Assembly: GCA_043228905.1 (NCBI GenBank)
Contig: JBHGNT010000005.1
Span: 21,638,001 to 21,702,000 of the forward strand
DNA from: Azolla caroliniana
Lineage: Eukaryota > Plantae > Polypodiophyta
Length of the DNA: 64,000 nucleotides
Direction of reading: 5' to 3'
The notes beneath the pieces were generated by a model. That model searched no databases, was not told the origin of the DNA, and saw nothing but the letters and a program-made list of their open reading frames with translations. A program made the position numbers and the translations under genes. Shown in pieces: positions 54,721 to 64,000 of this stretch (its first letter is position 1; each line of letters begins with the position of its first letter).

Positions 54721-55955
54721 ACATGCAATAGCATGGTGAGCAACAACGTGGGATCTATAACACCAAGACAGGTTTGATCGGTGGTTGTTGGGGTTGCCTT
54801 TCTCAAAATGTCGAGGAGAAATATTTTAGAGAGAAAGATCTTCAGTATAAATTGCCCTAGCACATTTTTGCCTTGACATCAAAGTGCTCACTTAAAAAGC
54901 ACTAACAATGCATTTTTTCTTAGCACATTTTTTTCCTTGAGATCGAAGTGTGCACTTAATCTGAATGGTTACACATTGGATAGCTATTAACTTACCTAGC
55001 AGTGGATAGTTAGTTGTTAACTTACCTAATGCTAGGTAAGTTAATAACTTACATTCAACACTAAGTAAACCATATAATTACAAAACTCATAATAGTATTT
55101 CAACAATGCTCAAATTCTTGGAATGCCCTCGATGTCCCACAATCTTCATCTACTAACAACATCGTATAGTGTTGTATCACAACTCAATGATGCTTTACTT
55201 GTCATATACACATTTTCACACACTAATGTTGTATCACAACTTAATGATGCTTTACTTTGTCATATACACATTTTAATACAATAGTGTCAATTTGCATCGA
55301 CCCACCTATTCTTACCAATACTATTCCACCATTGTGAATATAAGGAATAGTATATCTCACAAGTCTTATGTCAAAATGTTTCAATATTCCCTCCAAGTTA
55401 AAATAAAAGTTGATCAATAAAACATTCAAATTCAACTTCTAATTGTATGATTATTTCAATTCTCAATTCAAGACAAACAATATGTACTTTACTCACATTC
55501 ATAGATGGAACAACGTCCTTTCCAAAATGTACATAAGAGCCATGTCATATATATATATATATAATTACAACTTTGTTTGAATTAACTCACAAATAGTCAC
55601 ACAATACAAATTGATGATAATGGGGGTAATGGATAATTGGGATCACTCACTACTACAAACAACCACTATTGTTGCTTGTTCGTTGTGCGGGCCTACATAT
55701 TCAATCTAATAGTTGTAAAACCTGGCAAGAAAATCCCATTATGGCAAAAGCAAAGATTACCCTCGATACATTAGTTAACATGGTCTTATGACACCGACGA
55801 CCATGTTTTGGTAATAATAATAAAATTAATAAATTAAATCATAGAAACCAAACAACAAAAAAGAATCTATACTAGTAGCTATGTTGGAATGAAGGCAATA
55901 TAAATAAATGAAACCAAAAGAGGCAGAAGAAGAAGATGATGAAAAATGATTAGAA

Positions 55956-56753
55956 TTAATTGATGTTGATAATGTCTAATGCAGGAAGGTCCATCAATTC
56001 ATCATCATCAATGTTATTGCAATCCACCATATAGCTCCTCATCTTGGGGGAGTCCTCTAGGGCCCGTTCCATCACGCAACAATCTTGGTATAACATCGAT
56101 ATTACATCTTCGGCTCCCGATCCTAAGGCTGCGTCCAACAAGCATGAGAAGTCAGTGGTCACATCTTCGGCCCTTGACCCTAAGGCCGCATGCAATGAGC
56201 ACGAGAAGTCGGTGCTCTCGTCCACGTAATCCTCGTGGGCCACTATCAAGCCACTCGTATGGCCACCCAAATCATGGGTGGTACCAAGACCAAGACAATG
56301 GGCACCCGCACTAGCTCCGGTAACCGTACCAACATAAGCTGTTGTCACTCTCGTGGTAGAGGCGTCCGGACTCGTGGTGTTCAGATGATAGGGTCTTCTA
56401 GACATGTTGTCCGCACTCGTGGTGTCGAGACGATAGGGTCTTCTAGACATGTTGTGTGAGGAGGGGCTAGGGCACGAGGCGGTTATGTCGGGTATGTTGA
56501 GGGGGGCCGAGGGCCCGTAGAGGGCCTTGGAGGCTTCATCATAGGCGAGGGCTGCCTCGTGGGCCGTGGAGAAGGTGCCGAGCCAGAGGCGGGAGCCCGC
56601 CTTCTTGCTGGGCTCCCGGATCTCCGCCACCCATTTCCCCCATGTCCGCTGCCGCACGCCTCTATATGTGCATGCCGCGTTCTCGGGCCCGCCCTTCCCC
56701 TTCATGCACCCTTTCTTCGAGGGTCCCTTGCGATGATGATGCTTCGAACTCAT
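55956..56753 (-). CDS. DREB2: AP2/ERF transcription factor, DREB2 (A-2 / group IV) type, 265 aa
   Basis: CMIV-1 motif [14 protein letters not shown] directly before the AP2 domain [19 protein letters not shown]...[19 protein letters not shown]. Acidic C-terminus. Confidence 0.92.
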   Translation of the reverse strand: MSSKHHHRKGPSKKGCMKGKGGPENAACTYRGVRQRTWGKWVAEIREPSKKAGSRLWLGTFSTAHEAALAYDEASKALYGPSAPLNIPDITASCPSPSSHNMSRRPYRLDTTSADNMSRRPYHLNTTSPDASTTRVTTAYVGTVTGASAGAHCLGLGTTHDLGGHTSGLIVAHEDYVDESTDFSCSLHAALGSRAEDVTTDFSCLLDAALGSGAEDVISMLYQDCCVMERALEDSPKMRSYMVDCNNIDDDELMDLPALDIININ

Positions 56754-57991
56754 CTTGATCCTTCTTCCACAGATGTGATTCTACCATAGGATTCAAACTG
56801 GCATCTATCTAATCACAAAATTATGGTTAAAAATCGGTACAAGGGCCCGATCCGGAGGACATAACGACGTAATTATAATAATTAATCCGCAGGTGCAGCT
56901 AATTCCCTACCATTGCATAGATCTAACATGAATGATTTTGAACTCAGCTCAATATAATTAGCTTCATTGCACATGATATAGATTATAATCAAGCAATTAG
57001 TGCATCTGATCTGAGAATCTGTACATATATATATATATATGGAGAGATTCCATTCCAGGGAAGAACTTGTTTTTATTTTTACTTTTTCCATTTCAGGAAG
57101 TCTAATGTTCCATCATCAATGATACATTAAGGGGAAAAGTCCTTATCATCATTTTTGACCTGGTCATTCCTAATTTGGAAACTTTCCCAAAATAGCATTG
57201 CTTGCATAAAACTTGTCCTTCACACAAACTCGATTAGAACTCATAAGAATCTTTCAAGAAAATGCATTAAGATTTTTATTTCTTTTGTTTTCTCCTCGAC
57301 AAATCCTTCCTTGCGTCCACTAGCACTACATTAATTATATATAATTAAATCCGATCTTTCAAGAAATGCATTAAGTTTTTGATTCATGTTTAGCGCATCA
57401 CATCCACACACAATTTACATGTATTATCATGTCCGACTAAAACTAGATCGTCAAATGTCATGTCCAACTAAAAACTAGATTGTTGGCTAGTTCATATGAG
57501 ATATCGAAACCCATTACATAGACAATGTTTTGATTTAATTAAATCCTAGATAGATGAAGATTTAGTACATGATACTATAATGTAATAAGTTTTGTATCGT
57601 GTATTATCATGTCTCTTGTAGTCAATAGCGACCAAGTTCATGGTGTAAGCATGATTTACAAGGAATGAGCGACATGAAGTCTAGGAGTGGGCTTGCAGTT
57701 AGACACTGACGACTTGTCTTGTGTAATATCGTTCATGTAGGCAGGTATCCCGCATAAATAGAACCAATGATAATCACGTAAAAGGATTGAACACAAATTT
57801 GATGCATTGAGATCTAGACCAACCTCTCCTTATCCACACATTTTTAGTGCATTTGCAACCTAAGGTAGGCAATGTGATCCTTAATGGGGCGTGGACAGTG
57901 AATTCAAAAAAGCCATTTTCTTAGGAGTTACTGATAGTTATCTAAGCATGACCCTCCCTCCCCCCCGCCCCCCAAAAAAAAAACAAAAAGA

Positions 57992-59178
57992 TTTTTTTTT
58001 TACTGCTTCCATTAGTTAAGTCAATGTACATAAGATAATATACAACAACTCATATCTTACAGAACTTGCATGGCGACAAAAAGACCAACATGTACAAAGG
58101 AATCAACAAAAAAATAAGCTAATAACCACCGCATCAAGAGGGACGAATAGAGAAGGATGAGCAAACTTCCCTTGGACAATCTGGATTATAACATGTATCC
58201 GATGAACGCAATATACTCAACCACATACCCTTAATGTGAGCCCACCTATTTGCGATGTTTGGTACCCTCAGAGGGAACAACCACCGTGGTGGCTGATAAC
58301 TCCACTTTGCATTGCCATCCACCATTTGTAGCATCGAAGAACCTCTCCATTTCAGGAGGAAACGACCTCTAGCTTCTTCACTCACATTTGAGGTCCCCTG
58401 AATGCTTTCAAACTCTCCTTGTAACGTAGAAATAAAATAAAACCATATCATCATTAAACTCTCAGTTAGTGGGGTTCGCTTACTCGTGAAAGATTCCTTG
58501 CATCTTGATAGCCACACTTGCCAAACTGTAAGGCCGACCACTAATAGCCAAATGTCCACATATCGTTCTTGTATGTAGAACGCACCCCCTTGTGTTGAAG
58601 GTTGTACAATTCCATGCACCACATTTAAAGAGGGACTATTGAACCCATTCCACGCACGAAACCACGTAGCTGATTCAATAGCCAACGAGATAATAGTTGC
58701 GCTCGAAACATCAACATTAACCCCGCATGGAGCCAATATTCTTAAGCTCCTCGTCCAAACTTCTTGGGCACGTGGGCAACTCCACAAATAGTGTGCGATA
58801 TCCAACAAACTCACTTCACAGGCCTTGTAATCACTCATGCCACCCCTTTCACAAGACACTCTCCAGTTGGAACAACCCGATGGGTGATTAACCAGAAAAA
58901 ACACTTTGACCCTCTTAGGGAGGGATGAGTTCCATATCTTGCTCCTGGTTCTATCCACGAAGACCAAATCAACAACTACATGGGCCCATTTGTTGGATCA
59001 CTTCTCACGTTGCAAGCATAACTTTCTCCCCAAGCACGTCGAGTACTCGAAGAAACCTATTAATTTATCTTGTTATCCCCTTCACTTATATTTTGTAGGA
59101 TCCCATTCTAAACACTCAAGCAGCGTGTCTCCAATGTTGGGAAACAAGTCCCTCTAGATGGGAAGAGAAGAACCAAGT
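57992..59178 (-). mobile_element. 3' end of an L1-type LINE (zf-RVT region) with poly(A) tail, cut by a copia insertion
   Basis: IWNSSLPKRVKVF...HYLWSCPRAQEVW...WQVWLSRCKESF in ORF 58134-58967. T-run at 57992-58001 on + is poly(A) on the coding strand. Confidence 0.85.
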
Positions 59179-59800
59179 TGGTGAGTAACTCGGCCGAAAT
59201 CGAAATCGAAATCGTTTCAGAAGACTATAATTGTAAATAGTCTAAAATGCCTCTTGTGGGCTATACTTGTAAATAGCCAGAAAGTTGCTTTTGTTTATAA
59301 GTAACTAGGGAAAACTTTAGTAAATTGTAGTTGATCATTATTGTAAAGTTATAACGAGGTAGTTGCCTATGTAACCGTGAGTGAGAGAGTGAGAGTGTAA
59401 CTCTCTAGCCGTCTGTCAGACGAAGGAGAATTGGAGGTCGTTGGCTCCGAGTTCCATAATTGTACTTCCTCTCTACTATAGTGATATGTTTTCTTGGGGT
59501 TTGTGGACCCCCGTGGTTTTTCCCATTTCGGGTTTTGCACGTAAAATATCTGTGTCTTCACGTTTTTCTTCTGTGTACTAGTTCTTGGTTTTTGCACACT
59601 AATACAAACGTGTAACCGGTTATGGCCGGTTGATTCCTAACAAAGTGGTATCAGAGCGATGGAAGACTTGTTCGGCGGCATGTTTAAGCTAACCGACTCC
59701 AACTATTCGGTGTGGAAGTCGAAGATGAGAGACATGCTTGTGTGCAAAGACCTCTGGCTTCCAGTGTAGTTCGGAGATAAAAAACCTTTGAATGTAAATG
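59179..59800 (+). mobile_element. Ty1/copia element 5' end: LTR (~59179-59642), PBS (59646-59657) and start of gag
   Basis: ...CCTAACA-AAG-TGGTATCAGAGC, then ATG at 59659: MEDLFGGMFKLTDSNYSVWKSKMRDMLVCKDLW (copia gag N-terminus). Interrupted at 59801. The LTR left boundary is approximate. Confidence 0.88.
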
Positions 59801-59888
59801 TGTGGAAGCGTTTGACAAACCGGCTCAGCTGGATAGCAACAGAAAATGAGAAAAGGTTTAATGTATAACTTAACACAAAGAATACGCG

Positions 59889-59957
<69 letters not shown>

Positions 59958-60261
59958 ACATAAACTCAATTCAAAATATCACTCTGAAAACTCTGTACAT
60001 ACAACGTTCTAAACAACACTATTTATACAAGTCCATAAAGGACTGACAGAAGTACTGACAGGTACTTCAATATTCCTATGTGCGACTAACACTAACTACA
60101 AGACAATGATTACCTAGTAGTCTAGGCTACTACTAGGCCTCCGGTTCCCGCTTGAATCCGGCTCTCTGATCTGGCCGGTTGTTTCTGGATACCATCCGGA
60201 TGCCGATCCAGCTCTGGCTTATTCAGCCGATCCAGATCCGGTTGAGCTTGCTCACTCAACA
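59801..60261 (-). repeat. 3' LTR (461 bp) of the minus-strand copia element
   Basis: Minus strand begins TGTTGA right after the PPT and ends TCCACA (5/6 inverted repeat). Contains TATAAATA and a long (CT)n on the minus strand. Confidence 0.85.
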
Positions 60262-63200
60262 CTCCCCCTCAACCTCAACTTGAGGTCGGATCGTGGTGTT
60301 AGTGTATGTGGCAGCCGGTTCTTCTACCCAGCTCCTTCTAGCGTTGCTCCGCCTTGCTCACGCTCCTCGTCCGGTTCGGTCCTGTTTGCTGTGACCCTTC
60401 TGGTTTTGCGCACCTCGACCTCCTCGATCGGATTGTCTGCTCAACAAGCCCATTTAAGCTCCCTCGCTGCTGCGACTCCAATGCTTGTCGACTCGTCGAT
60501 TCCTTCGTGTTGGCGTCGACTTCCACTACGTCCGTGTCCGCTTGGCCTTAAGGTGATCCGGCTTCTCTGAATCTTGAACCGAATTCGTTCCAACTCTTGT
60601 CCAAATCGGTCGCTCCCGATTCGTTCCAGCTCTTGTCCGAGTCAGTGTTCTCTTGCTTGTCTTCTGGTTCCAGGACCTTCACCACATCAGACCATGTCCA
60701 GGTCTTGGCCTTCTCCTTCCGGTCGGCTCTGCCCTTCTCGACTCTACTGCCGCTGCCGCTCGTTCCGACTTGTTCAGATGTGTTGACTTTCTTTGTCGAC
60801 TCGCCCCCCTTTTTCCTCTAGTCTCCCCCTTTGTTGGTTCTTTCTTCCTCTCTGGCTCCTTGTCCGGTGCAATTAGTAGTGCCTTTGCCCGTTCCTGTTC
60901 TCCCCCTCAAATGTGGCACGTCGAGATGTTGAACACCAAGCATTTCGGTGAAGTGCTGCAACTTGTCCAATCCGAGCAGTTTGGTGAAGATGTCGGCAAC
61001 CTACCGACCTGTCTGAACATACCGAAGGTCTACTTCACCGCTCAAGACCCGCTCACGCACAAAGTGATAATGCACTTCTATGTGCTTTGTCTGAGCATGG
61101 AATATAGGGTTCTTGGCGAGCCGAATGCTGCTCTTGTTGTCACCGTAGATCAGAATCGAGGTCGGCACCTCGACCCAGAGATCTCGCACCAGTCTCCAAA
61201 GCCAGATGGCTTCACAAGTGACATTGGTAGCGCCCCGATATTCAGCCTTAGTGCTTGAAAGAGCCACTGTTGGCTGCTTTTTGCTGCTCCACGCAACATC
61301 CGCACTACCTAGAGAAAACATGTAACCGGAGGTGGATCGGGGATCTGATGCATCACCTGCCTAGTTGACATCTGTGTATCCGACGAGCTCTTCAGTTATA
61401 CCATGCCGATATAATAGTCTCCGATCCTTCGTGCCGCTCACATACTGCAATATTCAATGTGCGCACTAAAGGTGCTCCACGGTTGGCTTCTGCATGAACT
61501 GGCTGATCACTCCGACCGGGTAACTGATGTCGGGTTGGGTGATTGTCAAGTATATCAGGCTTCCGATGATTTGTCGAAACCGTTTCTCATCGCAGGTTGG
61601 TCCGTAGTTGGGACGAAGCTTCTGGTTCCGATCAAGGGGTGTGGAGACAGGTCGGCATTCCGTCATGCCGAACTTGTACAACATATTCAACACATAATGT
61701 CATTGTGAGAGCAATATGCTAGTGGGGGTTCAGATCACCTCGATCCCAAGGAAATAATGAAGGTCCCCCCAGATCCTTCATCTTAAATGCGTTCGACAGT
61801 TGGGACTTCACTCAGCCGATTTCATTGAGTCCGGGTCTAGTGATGACTAAATCATCTACATAAAGTAAGATGCAAACCGGATCGTCTGGACCTTGTCGGA
61901 TGAACAACGATGAGTAGGATTTAGAGGTCACAAACCCCATCTTACGCAACTGGTGCGTGATCTTTGCATTCTAAGCTCGGGGGGCTTGTTTCAGACCGTA
62001 AAGCGACTTCTTAAGATGGCACACCGCCGACTTGTTCATCTTTGACTGAAAACTGGGAGGTTGGATCATATAGACCTGTCCTTCAAGGTCACCTTGAAGA
62101 AACGCATTCTTCACGTCCATCTAGTGAAGATGCCACCCCCTTGCTGCAACAATCGCCAGTACCACACGAACCATTGTCATCTTCGCTACTGGAGCGAAGG
62201 TCTTGTCGTAGTCAATTCTGTGGGTCTGTGCGTATCCCTTCACCACTAACCAGGCCTTGTATCGGTTAACCAAACCGTCGGCATTGTACTTTACCTTGTA
62301 CACCCATTTTTCAACCGATTGGTTTACAATGTTAGGAAGGGTTGAGGCCCCATGTGTCGTTGGCATCGAATGCCCATATTTCTTCTTCCATAGCGGCACG
62401 CCAATTTGCATCTTTTGCCGCTTCTGCGTAGCTCTCCGGTTCATGCACTTCCGCCACTTTGGTCATGTACGCATAATGATGCACCATGTACTCATTGTAA
62501 CCATACCGCGTAATGGGGTTCTTTTGGTGGGAAGACCGGTTTAACTTGTCATCACTCGGTTTGGGGCCCTTCTTGGCCGGTTCAGACTTTGTTTCCGAAG
62601 ATTCGCCTTCATTCTTTCCGGAGTCGGGTTCGCTCCGATCCGACTCAAAGTTGCCGGTTTCGTATACCGACATCTTTTGCTTCCCTTTCTCTTTGCGCGT
62701 GAACTGTCTCCTCGATTCCTTGTGCGGGGAGAGCACGACAGAGTCTCCACTATTCACTGATTTGTCATCTGATTGGTCACTCTGACCTAGTCGGTCGTTC
62801 GGTCCACTCAACCGAAACGATTATGGACTCTCTTCTAGAGTCTCAAGCTCGTCATCTTTTATCTGGATCATTTCAGGCTCACTGGCCTCATCCTCCGAGA
62901 TTGGGTCGGAGTCGGAAGTTGGAGTCGGTAGAGAGTACAACGAAGCTGTCTCGTCGAACTCAAGATCTCGACTTACTCGGACCTGCTTCGTCCGGGGGTT
63001 ATAGCACTTATACCCCTTCTGCTCATGCGAGTAACCGACCATGATGCACTTCTCCGACTTCGGATCAAGCTTCCTCCGCCTCTCATCTGGTACATGCACA
63101 TATGCTATGCTGCCAAATATCCGAAGGTGTCTCAAATTCGGCTTGTGCCCGAAATACAGCTCGTGTGCTGACACCTTGTCACCGATCCGATTTTGGATGT

Positions 63201-64000
63201 AGACGGCCATCCGAACCGCCTCAACCTAGTAGAAATGGGCATGCTCTTCTCCTCTAGCATTGCCCTTGCCACGTCAACAATCGACCGATTCTTCGTTTCG
63301 GCCGCACCGTTTTGCTCCAGTGTGTATCTACAACTGAATTCTCTCTCAATTCCGTTCTGCTGCAGATAACTGTTGAATTGGCCGGAAAAGTATTCTTTTC
63401 TGCTATCCGACCGCAAGCACTTGATCTTCCTCTCCGTTTCCCGTTCAACCAAGCTTTGAAGGTTCCGGAAACATTCGAAGAATTCGCTCTTCCTCTATCG
63501 ATGAGGTAGATCCAAGTGTGCCGGTTGTAGTCGTCGATGAAGGAGATGAAATATCAACTCCCGCCAAGACTTACGTTCTCTGCCAGTCCTCATACATCCG
63601 AATGTATTAGATCGAGCTTTTTACGACTCCGGTTTTGTTCGGTGGGGAATGGAAGCTGGTGTTGCTTCCTGAGTTGGCAGGCTTCACAAATTTCAGCCCT
63701 CCGACCGCTAAATTTCGGCAAAACTGAAAATGAATTGTTTCGATTGCAGGTCTTGAAGCCTCCGATAATTGACATGGCCGATCCACTTATGCCAGAGATT
63801 GATGTCTAATTCAATCTTCTGTCCTTTGGCAAACATGGCGGTGTCGATGTCATTAGTGTTGAGGATGAACATCCTCCCTTCTCTGTGTCCTTGGGCAATA
63901 ATCTGGCCGTCTTCCTCAATGAAGCACCCGAGGTGCATAAACCGCACCTGCATCCCCTGGTTGACGATTTGTCCGATTGACACCAGGTTCTTTGTGATTG
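59801..64000 (-). mobile_element. Ty1/copia retrotransposon (pre-integrase, integrase, RT, RNase H, extra 3' segment, PPT, LTR), degenerate, continuing beyond the window
   Basis: LWHKWIGH; CEACQL.KQH..PF; LDLIHSDV; KCLRSD..KEY; EQNG.AE.KNR; KLDPKS...VGYS..QKGYKCY; KWVYKVK; RYKA.LVVKGYAQ; YVDD near 61855; WSSKKQPTVALSS..AEY; KHIEVHYHFVRE. PPT TTGAGGGGGAG at 60262-60272. Confidence 0.96.

Noticed and set aside
57040-57370. Heat-shock elements upstream of DREB2
   Set aside because: Only two-unit TTCnnGAA matches were seen, with no clean three-unit HSE; expected by chance in AT-rich DNA.

Overview
Eukaryotic nuclear DNA from a land plant. It is spliced, AT-rich and transposon-rich, and the TE and gene style suggests a fern, which is an inference. 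Five host genes are supported: (1) an intronless ankyrin-repeat/4-TM ACD6-like gene (8548-10431, -); (2) a 7-exon FAHD1-type fumarylacetoacetate-hydrolase-family gene (20897-24608, +); (3) a 23-exon RAPTOR gene (26966-38529, -); (4) a 2-exon At1g01500-like gene (48154-50858, +); (5) a DREB2-type AP2/ERF gene (55956-56753, -). Mobile DNA includes a decayed copia element whose PBS+gag 5' part is tandemly amplified in apparently identical 612-bp units, a gypsy integrase fragment, and several LTR-like relics. It also includes a near-intact 4982-bp hAT transposon with 16-bp TIRs, an 8-bp TSD and a ZNF862-like transposase broken by only two stops. The right end holds a three-level nest (LINE < copia(+) < copia(-)); the youngest element has two polypurine tracts flanking an extra 3' segment. 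About ten local tandem duplications (45-612 bp units) are scattered through the window. I found no prokaryotic-type system (CRISPR, operon). The best leads are the PBS-gag array, the double-PPT copia, the reconstructable hAT, the unusual ANK-TM protein between related direct repeats, a possible peroxisomal FAHD1, and the telo-box/site II/G4/uORF architecture upstream of RAPTOR. All coordinates were read by eye; no searches were run.
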